Shown here piece after piece: positions 25,614 to 38,505 of a DNA stretch of 64,000 bases. The stretch spans positions 21,702,001-21,766,000 of the forward strand of contig CM075989.1 in assembly GCA_038087875.1 (NCBI GenBank), written 5' to 3'. Under the pieces are notes generated by a model. That model ran no database searches. It saw only the letters and a program-made list of their open reading frames with translations, and was not told the DNA's origin. Within the stretch, counting starts at the first letter, position 1, and the number at the start of each line of letters is the position of its first letter. A program made the translations under genes and the position numbers. This stretch comes from Malacoraja senta (taxonomy: Eukaryota).

Positions 25614-26429
25614 AATGGCCCTAACTCAGTCCTGTGTTTTGAATACAAATTAAAATGGATGTTTTCAGATCACCAAATATGATAAAATATGTATCACCAC
25701 ACTGTTGGTTTTGCTGAGGTGGATTCTTTAGCATTTGGCAAAACATTGCCGATTAATAAATATTTTCAAACGAGGTAATCAATCAAAATCAATTTCTCTC
25801 TTGAGAACTGGAAATTCTCCAACAATGCGGGGGGGGGGAAGTTTCCAGGAGGTTTACAACAGAAACAACTAATGTTCTTAATCATAATTCATAATTGCCT
25901 TCAATTCAGAGCTTTGATCTGCCCTTGGAATACAAGCTTTGTGACCAGTCGCACAGGTGTGTTCTGCTCAACTGTAATTACCTGCATTTAGGCTCAAATG
26001 AAGTGGAGCTGAGGAGATTTAAAGTGATTGCAGGTGTAGTTGGGGAATTGCAAAAAGGTCAGACTTTAATTGGCTGCTGACAACTGCAGCTATAGGTAAT
26101 TGTTTTGTTGAACAATGGCTACATCTGCATTGAGAACCTGGGTACAAAGCGATGAGGCACCCCTCACCAACACTCATGCCACCCAACTGAAGGCACGATG
26201 GCACAGCGGTCGAGAGCTGCTGCCTCACAGCTCCGGAGAACTGGGTTTTGATCCAGACTACAGTTGCTGCCTGTACGGAGTTTGTACCTTCTCACCGTGA
26301 CTGCGCTGGTTTTCTCCGGGTGCTTCGGTATCCTCCCACACTCCAATGACGTGCAGGTTTGTGAGTTTATCGACTTTGGTAAATTGTTCCTAATGTGTAG
26401 GATGCGAACCTGGGTTAATATAGGGTAGC

Positions 26430-26664
26430 CAAAGTGCTGGAGAAACTCAGCGGGTGCAGCAGCATCTATGGAGCGAAGGAAATAGGCAACGTTTCGGGCC
26501 GAAACCAAAAGGAAATAGGCAACGTTTCGGGCCGAAACCAAAAGGAAATAGGCAACGTTTCGGGCCGAAACCCAAAGGGTTTCGGCCTGAAACGTTGCCT
26601 ATTTCCTTCGCTCCATAGATGCTGCTGCACCCGCTGAGTTTCTCCAGCACTTTTGTCTACCTTC
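26430..26664. mobile_element. Fold-back Penelope-derived element with three 33-bp units
   Basis: Near-perfect inverted arms; unit AAGGAAATAGGCAACGTTTCGGGCCGAAACCAA x3. Confidence 0.85.
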
Positions 26665-27022
26665 TAACTAACTAAAACAAACGTGAATGGTTTTGAGGGT
26701 GGGGATAGCTTTGGGCAAGTTAACTCTTGAACCATCCAGAAGGATTAAGGATAATCGGATACAAAGTAGTTATGTTCTCAAAACACTTATGTTTTAAAAG
26801 TCCAAAGTATTTAAGGTTGTTTTATTTGATTTTACTCTTATGGCCACAACTCTTTGTGAAAAAGTGTCAAGCTATAATCTTCAGCCCACCGTGGGTGCGA
26901 TGGGTGCAGGTTTCATCGCGTGCTAACCAGTCAGTGGAAAGACATGATGACAATACCTCTTGTGTGGATGGGGCATGTTGGTTAGCATGGGCAAGTTGGA
27001 CCGAATGGCCTGTTTCCACATT

Positions 27023-27119
27023 GTCTGAAGAAGGGTTTCGGCCCGAAACGTTGCCTATTTCCTTCGCTCCATAGATGCTGCCTCACCCGCTGAGTTTCTC
27101 CAGCAATTTTGTCTACCTT
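27023..27119 (+). mobile_element. Penelope-derived hammerhead mini-insertion
   Basis: Intact core 27025-27052 within a CR1 tail; CATTGT on both sides. Confidence 0.8.
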
Positions 27120-28459
27120 GCGCATTGTATAATTCTAATTCTGGTTAATTTCAAACACTGTTGCATCTGGTCAAAATAGCCTTTTAAGTTTTAAGAGATG
27201 CAGCGTGAAAACGGGCCCTTTGACCAGAAATCCCCACACACCAGCACCAACACACACACATGCACGCACGCTCATGCACACACACACACACACACAACAA
27301 TTTTACATTTATACCAAGCCAGCTGACCAACAAACCTGTACGTCTTTGGAATGTGGGAGGAAACCAATTATCTCATGTGTAGGATGCAAAACTGGGATAA
27401 CATAGAACTAGTGTATAGGTGGTTAATGGTCGGTGATTAGTACGGGTGTCAGAGGTTATGGGGAGAAGGCAGAAGAATGGGATTAGGAGGGAGAGATAGA
27501 TCAGCCATGATTGAATGGCGGAGTAGACTTGAAAAGAGCTTGCGAGCTGCATGGAGGACAGAGATGTGTGGTGCGTCCGTCACCGTGCCTGTCGGAAACC
27601 AGCTCCACTGCGTCGCTAATGTTTTCAAATATGATGAATGAAGTAGACTTGATGGGTCGAATCGCCTAATCCTACTCCTATTCCTTCTGACCTTACGAAC
27701 TCGGAGAAAATCCACACGGCTCACGGGGAGAAAGTACAAACTCCATACAGACAGCACCCGTGGTCGGGATCGAACCCGGGTGTTTGGCACTGTAAGGCAG
27801 CAAATCTACCGCTGTGCCACCATTCTGCTGAACATACAAAGTTGATGTCGACTTAAAAAGATATTACTGCAAGTTGCGGAGAATCGGAGATCATTCAACG
27901 TAATATCCTGAATGATGTTTTGTGGAGAGAATGGAATGCAGCAGTTTTGTGGAGTTTTCTTTGGTAGTTCAGATGGTGAAGGGTTAAAGTAATTTACTCC
28001 AAGCACATGGGTCAAGGACTTTTATTGTGTTTGCGTGGGTGATGGTGCTAGCGAGAACACAGGTGCAGCGATAGCAGTGAGCAAGCGGCCGTACAGGCAG
28101 CAAGATAATGTAACAGGTGTGCGGAGGGCAGGAGTCTGCTGTGTACGTAATTGAGAGGACAAAATGTCCTTGCATAACTGAAGGCATTGCATTTGACATT
28201 AGCTGCTTTAAAAAAAAAAAATAACCAGTCAGAATAGATTTGGACGAAATGGCCTTTTTTAAGGAGCTGAACTTATCCCTTGTTCAGTCGTTCTGATTAT
28301 TGATTCTTTTTTTAATTACATGTCCCGACAAAATTCTTTGCAAATTTGAAATCCACTTAAAAATGCAACAGAATAATTTTGCAAATGTCATGTCTGAGTA
28401 AGGATCCTGGATATTTTGTACTGTATCACTGTCACCTTATTGGATTAAAACATAGACAC

Positions 28460-28775
28460 ACAGGGTGGCGCAGCGGTAGAGTTGCTGCCTCACATCGTCA
28501 GAGACCAGGGTTCGATCCTGACTACGGGTGCTGTCTGTACGGAGTTTGTACCTTCTCCCCGTGACCTGCGTGGGTTTTGCCCGGGTGCTCCGGTTTCTCT
28601 CCCACACTCCAAAGACGTGCAGGTTTTGTAGGTCAACTGGCTTGGTGCAATTGTAAATTGTCCCTAGTGCGTGTATAAGGGTAGTGTTAGTGTGCGGGGA
28701 TCGCTGGTTGGTGCGGACTCCGTGGGCCGAAGGGCCTGTTTCCTCGTTGTATCTCAAAACTGAACTGACCTAAAA
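28460..28775 (+). mobile_element. HE1/V-SINE-type SINE
   Basis: Head, V-domain, tail. Confidence 0.9.
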
Positions 28776-29177
28776 TAACCTTGAACTGACTTGAGCTGAA
28801 AGATGAAGAAAGAGAACAAAGGTTTGTTTTTTTAACAATCAAAGAGAGTGAACCACCACTTCTGATACTTTGCAAATATAGAACAGAGATAATAGTTAGG
28901 TTGTGGTATGAACTTCCCAGCTGTTGCTATCATATGTACAGGGAGATACAGTACAATCTGCAATCCGACTTCAGTCTAAAACTCAAATCAGCACTGTAGA
29001 CTCTCAATGTAAGAATCAAGGATGCAAACATGTACTCCCATGCGAAAAGCCAGAGAAAATCAAAGATTAAAGCTTAATAATTTGTACTTTTAATGAAATT
29101 TAAACATCTGGCAGTCAGAGGTTAAATATGTTCCAGAGAAAAGTGAACTTAAAAGTAAATGTAACTTGCTGATATGT

Positions 29178-29372
29178 GAAGGGAGGAACTGCAGATGCTG
29201 GTTTCAACCGAAGATAGACACAAAAAGCTGGAGTAACTCAGCGGGACAGGCATCATCTATGGAGAGAAGGAATAGGTGATGTTTCGGGTCGAGACCTGAA
29301 ATGTCGCCTATTCCTTCTCTCCATAGATGCTGCCTCACCCGCTGAGTTTCTCCAGCATTATTGTCTACCTTC
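29178..29372. mobile_element. Penelope-derived fold-back
   Basis: Inverted arms meeting near 29290. Confidence 0.75.
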
Positions 29373-29505
29373 TGTCTATAATCATTGTTAATATGAAATG
29401 CCTTTGTTGGGTCATCTCAGAATCACCTCTGTTCCAAGGAGAGCACCCCTTCTTCATCATTCTATTTGCATAACTAAAGGTGTTCATCACTGGAATCCCT
29501 TCAAG

Positions 29506-29880
29506 TTAGTTTAGTTTATTGTCACGTGTACCGAGGTACAGTGAAAAGCTTTTGTTGCGTGCTAACCAGTCAGCAGAAAGACAATACATGATTACAATCG
29601 AGCCATTTACAGTGTGTAGATACATGATAAGGGAATAACGTTTAGTGCAAGGTAAAGCCAGCAAAGTCCGATCAAGGATGGTCCAAGGGTCACCAATGAG
29701 GTAGATAGTAGCTCAGGACTGCTCTCTGGTTGTGGTAGGATGATTCAGTTGCCTGATAACAGCTGGGAAGAAACTGTCCCTGAATCTGGAGGTGTGCGTA
29801 TTCACACTTCTATACCTTTGGCCTGAGGGGAGAGGGAGTGGCTGGTGTGCGATTCGTGTTAGAATATGCTGCTGGCCTTT
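29506..29880 (-). mobile_element. Rex1/Babar LINE 3' fragment
   Basis: Minus strand encodes PSGQRYRSVNTHTSRFRDSFFPAVIRQLN, typical of the Rex1 C-terminus; tail GTGACAATAAA(CTAAA)n. Confidence 0.85.
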
Positions 29881-29954
29881 CCAAAACCTTCATTCCATTC
29901 CCAACTCATGGACCTAGACCTGGTGAGAAAAATCTGCTCGTGGCCAAGTCAATG

Positions 29955-30372
29955 TTTTATTAGACTCAGACTTGGTCCCTTGGAGCGCAGGAGGATGAGG
30001 GGTGATCTTACAGAGGTGTACACATTTAGGAGAGGAATAGACGCAGCAGGGTAAATGCACAGAATCTTTTGCTCAGAGTAGGGGAATTGAGAACATAGGT
30101 GTAAGGTGAGGGGGAAAGATTTAATTGGAATGTAGGGGATAACTTTTTTACACAAAGCGTGGAGGTTGTACGGAACAAGCTGCCGGAGGAGGGAGTTGAG
30201 GCAGGTAATATCTTTACATTTAAGAGAAAATTGGATAGGTACATGGATAGGATGGGTTTCAAGGGATATGGGCCAAACGCAGGCAGGTGGGACCAGTGTA
30301 GATGTGACATGTTAGTCGGTGTGGGCAAGTTGGGCTGAAGGGCCTGTTTCCATGCTGTATGACTCTATGACA
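29955..30372 (+). mobile_element. CR1 LINE 3' fragment (UTR type shared with the SINE tail)
   Basis: LERRRMRGDLTEVY; ends GAAGGGCCTGTTTCCATGCTGTATGACTCTATGA. Confidence 0.88.
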
Positions 30373-30542
30373 AATGGACCAGAGAGTTGCAAATTGTGTA
30401 GGGAATTGATGCGGAGTTAATTGTTTAGGAAAATAGATGGAGAGGGGAGAGGAACAATGGATGCAAGTTTAGCCTCTGGCCTGTGTAGTCTTATTAAACT
30501 CAGATGTTCCAGGAGTGATCAACAATGTCTGGTCCTAGAAGG

Positions 30543-30755
30543 TCGGCACGGTGGCGCAGTGGTAGACTTGCTGCCTCTCACAGCGCCAGAGACCCTAGTT
30601 CGATCCCGACTACGGGTGCTGTCTGTACGGAGTTTGTACGTTCTCCCCGTGACCTGCGTGGGTTTTCTCAGAGATTTTCGGTTTCCTCCAACACTCCAAA
30701 GACGTACAGGTTTGTAGGTTAATCTGCTTGGTATAAATGTAAAATGTAAAATTGG

Positions 30756-30786
<31 letters not shown>

Positions 30787-30878
30787 AGGGCAGTGTTGTG
30801 TGGGGATCGCTGGTCGGTGCGGACTAGGTGGGCCAAAGGGCCTGTTTCTGCACTGTATCTCTACACTAAACTAAACTA
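30543..30878 (+). mobile_element. HE1/V-SINE-type SINE with internal (GT)n expansion
   Basis: Head, V-domain, (GT)n at ~30759-30786, tail. Confidence 0.9.
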
Positions 30879-30888
30879 TTTATTCTGT

Positions 30889-31029
30889 TTAAGAAGGAAC
30901 TGCAGATGCTGGAAAATCGAAGGTACACAAAAATGCTGGAGAAACTCAGCGGGTGCAGCAGCATCTGTGGAGCGAAGGAAATAGGCAACGTTTCAGGCCG
31001 AAACCCTTCTTTAGACTGGATAACTAAAT
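30889..31029 (-). mobile_element. Penelope-derived mini-insertion with 15-bp TSD, core mutated
   Basis: AACTATTTATTCTGT at 30874-30888 and 31030-31044; CTAAAGA instead of CTGAAGA. Confidence 0.8.
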
Positions 31030-32091
31030 AACTATTTATTCTGTGGCAAACATTGAACACAGTGACTCGCTGCACATTTGTAGGGTTGGAAACCGGCCCT
31101 TTGGCCCAACTTGCCCGTGCCGACCAACGTGCCCCTTCTACTCGGGTCTCGCCCTCCCATGTCAGTCATCCACATTCACAAGATGCGGTAGCAAATGGAC
31201 ATTGTGTGCGGAAGCGCTGTTTATTCCGGTCCCATTCTGTTTGCTGCCTCTTGCTCCAGATATGTCATTGTCAAACTGAGGATTTATAAACCATATTTAT
31301 GTCGGTACCAAATCAGGAGTGTAAACGGGGCAACTGGTTTATAAGCAAATGTCTGACACGTTATTGAATGCAGTTAAAAGATTTATAAAATACGAAGTGA
31401 AGCTGCCAAATAGGATGTAATGTAAATGGTGATTATGAAATGTGTGCTGTAAATCTGATGAATGTCTAATCTGGACCAACTCTATTCACTTAAGTCGAGT
31501 TTATCGTGAGACCTGTTATTAGTACAATGACTATAGATTGAACATGCTCTGGGGTTTTCAGTGATAGATTTTGATATATATCTCTTTGATGTATGCAATA
31601 AATTAAAATGCTTATATTTCACTGGACTTAATATACTCATAATGCATGGTTGCATAGTATTGGGAAATAGACAGTCAGAGAGGTAAAAGATGGGCAGTTA
31701 TATTTTGCAGGAAGTTGCCGACTGTGCAGAATAAAAACCGGGCAGTTTGCGAGTTAACAAACGGTCAAGACCGAGTCCTTTCAATGCCAGATATTCCTGT
31801 TTATAATATCACACGCACAGACTATTGGTATCATTACGATTTGCATCTGGCGTGCTTGAACGGGGCAAGGAATATCTAAGTGGCAGAAACTGGTGAGCAA
31901 TTTAAATGTGCCATTGACTGGATGGTAATCGAAAAGCATTACATTTTAGTTTACAGATACAGCGTGGAAACAGGCCCTTCGGCCCACCGAATCCGTGCCA
32001 ACCAGCGATCACCCGCGCACTTTCACTATCCTACACTCACAAGGAACAATTTACAATTATACACGGGGAGAACGTACAAACTCCGTACAGA

Positions 32092-32577
32092 CTGATTCCT
32101 GGGATGTCAGGTCTTTCATATGAAGAAAGACTGGATAGACTTGGCTTATACTCGCTAGAATTTAGGGGATTGAGAGGGGATCTTATAGAAACGTACAAAA
32201 TTCTTATGGGGTTGGACAGGCTAGATGCAGGAAGATTGTTCCCGATGTTGGGGAAGTCCAGGACAAGGGGTCACAGATTAAGGATAAGGGGGAAATCCTT
32301 TAAGACCGAGATGAGAAAAAACTTTTTCACACAGAGAGTGGTGAATCTCTGGAACTCTCTGCCACAGAGGGTAGTTGAGGCCAGTTCATTGGCTATATTT
32401 AAGAGGGAGTTAGATGTGGCCCTTGTGGCTAAAGGGATCAGGGGGTATGGAGAGAAGGCAGGTACAGGATACTGAGTTGGATGATCAGCCATGATCATAT
32501 TGAATGGCGGTGCAGGCTCGAAGGGCCGAATGGCCTACTCCTGCACCTATTTTCTATGTTTCTATCTATGTATCTAT
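32092..32577 (+). mobile_element. Young CR1 LINE 3' fragment inside a minus-strand SINE
   Basis: Uninterrupted 123-aa frame GLSYEERLDRLGLYSLEFRGLRGDLIETYKIL...GYGEKAGTGY* plus complete UTR. Confidence 0.95.
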
Positions 32578-34526
32578 GACAGCACCCGTGGACTGGAGTG
32601 AGCCCGGGTCTCTGGCGCTGCAAGCCCCGAAAGGCAGCACCTCTACCTCTGCGCCACCGTGCCATCCCGGTGTTAAATCAACATCAGGAGATAGGGATTT
32701 GGGTTGATTGCTTTGTTCAATGTTAGGTATGGATGCAACTTTATTTTGCCTTGGTAAACTATTTGGCCAGTTCTCCTTTGTTTTTGTTCAATTTAAATTA
32801 GTTCCTGGATGGGAGCATAACGGATCTTTGTATGACAATCAGTGGCATATTATCCATCTCAGCTGTGGGCCAGGCATGTTACCAGAAGATTATTTACCAC
32901 CTGTTACTGAGTATAATCTGATAAATGCTCGCAGATATTTACAAATTCAAGTTGAGTTGGAATGAAAGACTTGTATTTTTCAATTGCATGACACCTTCAC
33001 ATGTTGAATAGCAAAGATGTACACCAGTTACTATTGTATTGTAGATAATATGGTAGCCCACTTTTTACACTCAACATCCCACAAACTGCATAAAGATAAA
33101 ATGACCTGACCATTTGCTTCTGAAGTAGGGTCTCGACCCGAAACGTCGCCAATTCATTCTCTCCATAGATGCTGTCTCGCCCGCTGAGTTTCTCCAGCTT
33201 TTTTTGTCTACCTTCGATTTTTCAGTAGAGGAGGGGGAGAACAAAAGGAGGGGCTGACGTGCTTTGTAAATTTGTCAGCACCAGAGGTGGCCTCTATTTG
33301 TATGCATTGGGTATGCAAGCAAAGAATTTCACTGTGTCTTTAAAGTATTCCATCCATTGCATCATTGTGATGGCTAAAGCAAATCAAAGCTGCATTCAGC
33401 ATCTTAGTAACTTTGATGTTTGAATAAAATATGTCTTAATCTAAAAGTGTCAGTGAGCTAATGATGTCAAAGGATCTCTGTGAAACCATCTTCCAGGAGA
33501 CATATGAATGAGACTGTAATCTTGAGAAACAAATATGACTTCTGCAAGAGTTCTGGCACCTGACTGCAGGTACTGCCGGTTCGGAGTTTGTACGTTCTCC
33601 CTGTTTCTCCGGGTGCTCCGGTTTCCTCCCACATTCCAAAGACATGCGGGTTTGTAGGTTAATTGGCCTCTGTAAATTGTCCCTAGTGTGCAGGGTAGAA
33701 TTAGTGTACGGGTGATCACTGGGCAATTGGCTTCTGCAGATTGTCCCTAGTTTGTGGGATAGAACTAATGTATGGGTGATCGTTGGTTGGCACAGAGTCA
33801 GTGGGCCGAAGGGCCTGTTTCCACGCTGTATCTCTAAACCTAACCAAACTAAAAAATGAGCTGAGTATAGAAACTAGACATGAATTGTGTCACCCCTTTA
33901 GGTGCCTTGACCAAGATTAACGAACGCTGCAGGGATCGGAGCAATTCCACGTCAAATTTTGCAATTGATTTGTGGTACTGCAGTGTTAGAGTGCAGAGTT
34001 ATTCTTTGTTGAAGTCTTCCTTGCTTTCACAAGGGGTAGGATGACATGGCGTGCACTAACAAGGTGACTGCCACTACTCTCAGCCTCAATAACAGGAGGA
34101 AATATCTGCTGGAAGGCACAAGTACTATTTGACTGGCCCAATCATTCATTCTGGATAAGGCTGATCTTTCTGACTGCCCATTGGAAATATTTCCCTTGGG
34201 ATTACTGTCCTTTGTAAAGAGCAATGGTTACAAAGGAAAGTGCTCGGCAAGGAACACTGTGTTCCACTTTTATAGCATTTATGATGGTCTTTCATAGGTG
34301 TATAAAGTCTTTCTGAAACACAAGTGGTACCTGTTAGTGACCTGATTTGCTCCCTTGCTGAATCCAAGTACCACCATAACAGTAAACTACAAGATAAAAG
34401 CTCCACTTACACTTACTCAAGTAGTCCTGGATCAAATGGCTTATCTATGCTTAAATTGTCTGCAGTTAAAAGTATAAATGTTATTTCTGCCAATGGGGTT
34501 TTCAGAGCCAATAGTTGAAAGATTAC

Positions 34527-35850
34527 ATAGAACATAAGTACAGCACAAGAACAGGCCCTTCGGCCCACAATATCCATGCCCAAAATGATTCCAACTCTTA
34601 TCTGCCCGGACATAATCCATACACCTCCATTGCCTGCATATGTTGATCCAAAAATTCTCTTATAAGCTACTATCATATCTGACTCCACCACCACTGGCCT
34701 GTAATTCCCTGGATTCATTACACTTTCCTTCTTAAGTAAAGGAACAACATTAGGGTAGCATGGTGGTGCAGCTGGTAGAGTTGCTGCCTCACAGCAACAG
34801 AGACCTGGGTTCGATCCTGACTTTGGGTGCTGTCTGTGTGGAGTTTGAACATTCTCCTTGTGACCGTGTGGGTTTCCTCTGGGTGCTCTGGTTTTCTCCC
34901 ACATCTCAAAGATGTGTGAGTTTGTAGGTTAATATGCATCTGTAAAATTGCCCCTGGTGTGCAGGGAGTGGTGTGAAAGTAGTTTAACATACAACTAGGT
35001 TTGAACGGGCAATTGGCCAACATGGACTCGGTGGGCCGAAGGGCCTGTTTCCATGTTGGATCTCTGAACAATAGCTACTCTGCAGCCCTCAAGGCTGTGG
35101 CTGGAGTAGACACAGTGATCTTCATCTAGGTGCTTGCAATCTCCTCTCTTGTTTTACTCAATAACCTGGGATAGATCCCATCATGTCCTGGGGATTTATT
35201 CACCCTAATTGACTTCGAGGGCCCCAACACCACCTCCTTCTTAATCTCAACCTGCCCTTGCATATTAGTAACCTCCTCACTGAATCACACCATCCTCTAT
35301 GTCCTTCTCCTTGGTGGAAACAAGTGCAAAGTACCCATTTAGTACCTAACCTAATCCCCAAACTCCAAGCACAGAATCCCTTCTTCCTACCCAATGCACT
35401 CCTTATCTCTGATTACCCTCCTGTTGTTAAAGTAGGTACAAAAAGTAAATTTCTTTTCTCCAACTCACCAAGCCATTTCATGGCTCTTTTTGGCACTTCT
35501 AATTGCCCACTTAAGTCATTTCCTCTTCTTTACATTCCTCAAAGGTCCTGTCTAATTCCATCCTCTTAAACCTTGCATGCTCTTCATTTTATTATTTTTT
35601 GGACCAAATTTACAACATCTTTTCTCATCTAAGGTTCCTTTTCTTTGCCATCCTTATCCCTCCTCTTTACTGGAACATGCCGCTTCTGAACTTCTACCAA
35701 CTGGCCTTGAAATGCCTCCAGATGTGGACCTACCCAATGGTAGCTACTCCCAGAGTAGCCCTCTCGAGCTCCTGCCTAATAATGTTGTCGTTTGTTTTAC
35801 CCCAATTTAGTACCTTCCCACATGTCCTGCCTTCTCCCTATTCAAAACAA
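34527..35850 (-). mobile_element. Old internally deleted CR1, interrupted by a plus-strand SINE (~34753-35070)
   Basis: Minus-strand IRVNKSPGHDGIYPRLL (~35130-35210) and KKESVMNPGNYRPV joined directly to C-terminal VVESDMIVAYKR and 3' UTR. Confidence 0.7.
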
Positions 35851-35901
35851 TCTTAAAACTTATGGAGTTGTGATCACTATACCGAGTTTAGTTTAGTTTT
35901 A

Positions 35902-36105
35902 AGGGCCTGTGACACTCAGCCAATTTTTTGGGCGACTACAGGCAACTACCGGAAAATTATCAACATGTTGAAAAATGTTCAGCCACAGTGGGCGACAATT
36001 TTTGCTGTTGTATGGTGATGTAGGTTGCCGTAGGCTGTCGCCAGGTGACGCAGGTGAATTCCATTAAAACTAGTCCCTGGCATTCGCCTAAGTGGGACAG
36101 GCCCA
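35902..36105. mobile_element. PIF/Harbinger-type MITE
   Basis: AGGGCCTGTGACACT / AGTGGGACAGGCCCA; TTA TSD; related (inverted) to 40146-40307. Confidence 0.8.
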
Positions 36106-37105
36106 TTAGTGTTAGTTTTAGTTTAGAGTCTAGCACAGAAACAAGCCCTTCGGCCCATCGAGTCTACGACTACGATCACCGCACACTCGCACTATCCTAC
36201 ACACTAGGAATAATGTACAATTTTACCGAGCCGATTAGACTAAAAATCTGTGTGTCTTTGTTGTGTGGGAGGAAACCGGAGTAGTCGGAGAAAACTCGCG
36301 CAGGTCACGGGGAGAACATACAAACTCCTTACAGGCAGCACCCGTAGTCGGGATGTGTAGGATTGTGTTGATGTGTGGGGATCGCTGGTTGGCGTGGACT
36401 CGGTGGGCCAAAGCGCCTGTTTCCGCGCTGTATCTGTAAACTAAGCTGAAACTAAGTCCAGAGGCAAGGTCAAGCAGATGCTTCTGGAGATGACCGGACC
36501 CCAAAATAAAAGTAGAGTCAATTCTCCAGAAGAAGCAAATCCTGGCAAGAGGCAGCGATATTTCCCTGAAGAGGCGATAACTGTTGGTGACGTGCACTTG
36601 TGAATATACAGTCCTGTAATCTGAAGACCAGCTGTCTATGAAAGACCATTGAAGTCGTTCCCAGAGGTGGCATTGTGGAGAGATTTCACGTTCTATTATA
36701 TCGCGGTCCCTCACCATTCAATAGACTGGTCCATTCAGTGATAAAGGAAAAAGTCACTGATTTCTTTACACTCTGTGTTATTTTTGACTTTTTTATTTGG
36801 TAACGTTTTGAGAAGCAGTATGATTTGAACAACACAATCCTTGTCTCCGAGTTAATCGACCATATGTTAGTATCGTATTGCACTCTACACTAATTGTCCA
36901 GGTTTCAGGCATTCTCATCCAACCACTGGATACGGCATCCCACTGGGGAAGTTTCCATCGGCTTGAAGCGACATTGATGCCTTCATGCTAACTTGAGAAG
37001 ACTGTAGATCGATGGATTAAATCTGCAGTGTCACAATGTTGGCTACAGGAGAAAGTAGAGGCCAAGAAACAGGAGCGAGAGAATAAACAGGAAACGTAAT
37101 TCATT

Positions 37106-37710
37106 GTGAAGGAAGGAACTGCAGATGCTGGTTTAAACCGAATATGGACACTAAAAGCTGGAGTAAGTCAGCAGGACAGGCAGCATCTCTGGAGAGAAGC
37201 AATGGGTGACGTTTCGGTTCAAGACCCTTCTTCAGAATCGACCCGAAACGTCACCCATTCCTTCTAGACCGCTAAGATCTTCTGAGACCAATCTGTTAGT
37301 GATTCCCAGAGTAAATACAAAACATGGGAAAGCAGGATTTAGTTACTATGCAACAAATAGCTGGAATAAACTTCCTGAAGATTTAAGACTTGCCCCTACT
37401 TTCATTACTTTTAAAACAAGACTGAAAACTTTTATGTTTACTTTAGCTTTCAGCTAAATCTTAACTACATTGCACTTTTAACTTTTGCTCTTTTCTATTA
37501 TGCATTTATAACTTTGCTTTTATTTTCTTTTAATTCTTCTATTTTATTTCATTTATTATTTCATTTTATTGTATGACATGTTTTTATGTGAAGCACTTTG
37601 AGTCTGCCTCGTGTATGAAATGTGCTATATAAATAAAGTTGCAGTTGCAGTTGCAGTTCTCTCCAGAGATGCTGCCTGCCCCGCAGAGGTACCAGGTTTT
37701 TGTGTCTATT
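37106..37710. mobile_element. Penelope fold-back interrupted by an L2 fragment
   Basis: CCATTCCTTCT | insertion | TTCTCTCCAGAGATG restores the repeat consensus. Confidence 0.8.
37266..37656 (+). mobile_element. L2-clade LINE 3' end
   Basis: RPLRSSETNLLVIPRVNTKHGKAGFSYYATNSWNKLPEDLRLAPTFITFKTRLKTFMF; tail GTGAAGCACTTTGAG...TGAAATGTGCTATATAAATAAA then (GTTGCA)n. Confidence 0.88.
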
Positions 37711-38096
37711 TTCTTTAATTTTTTATTTTATTGGATTTGATTTGGCTTTTTAAGTCATATAAAGTCACTTTAAGTTATAAAGTCATAGGAGTTCATTTGT
37801 ATGTAGGGGTGTCCATAAGTCAGCCTTGTAATGTACGTGTAACCCAGGAACAGCCAGTATTAGTTTAGTTTAGAGATACAGCGTGGAAACTGGCCCTTCG
37901 GCACGTTGAGTCTGCACCTACAACAATCACCTGTACACTAGTTCTATCCTACACATGTGGGATGATTTACAGAGGCCAATTAAGTTATAAATCTGCACGT
38001 CTTTGGAGTGTGGGAGGAAACTGGAGCACTTGGAGGAAATCCACACAGTAGCAGAGAGAATGTATAGTCGGCACCCGTAGGCAGGATTGGAACTAG

Positions 38097-38505
38097 CATT
38101 GGTAGAGGAACAGCATCTCATCTTTTGTTTGGGCAGCTTACAACCCAGTGATATGACTTTTGATTTTGCTAACTTCAAGTAACCCCTGCACTCTCTCTCT
38201 CTCTCCATCCCTCCCCCATCCAAGTCGCACCAGGTTCCCGTTCTCACCTAGCAAACAACTAACAATGGCCAGATTCCTTTATCATCGTTAATTTTTTGCA
38301 TATCATTCATTTGTTCTCTTTCACTCCACATCACCTTCTATATCTGTCATTTCCCTTTTCCCCCGACTCGCAGTCTGAAGAAGGGTCTCGACCCGAAACG
38401 TCACCCATTCATTTTCTCCAGTGATGCTGCCTGTCCCGCTGAATTACCCCAGCATTTCGTGCCTATCTTCGGTGTAAACCAGCATCTGCAGTTCCTTCCT
38501 GCACA
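38097..38505 (+). mobile_element. Penelope-like 3' end with intact GUC hammerhead (38375-38402)
   Basis: EEQHLIFCLGSLQPSDMTFDFANFK* then CTGAAGAAGGGTCTCGACCCGAAACGTC. Confidence 0.85.

Noticed and set aside
32104..32475. Intact 123-aa ORF as a host gene
   Set aside because: CR1 ORF2 C-terminus from a 5'-truncated insertion.
33900..34520. Possible minus-strand exons (AG acceptors, GTAAGT near 34410)
   Set aside because: Frames are short, contain stops or resemble no protein I recognise; needs RNA-seq.
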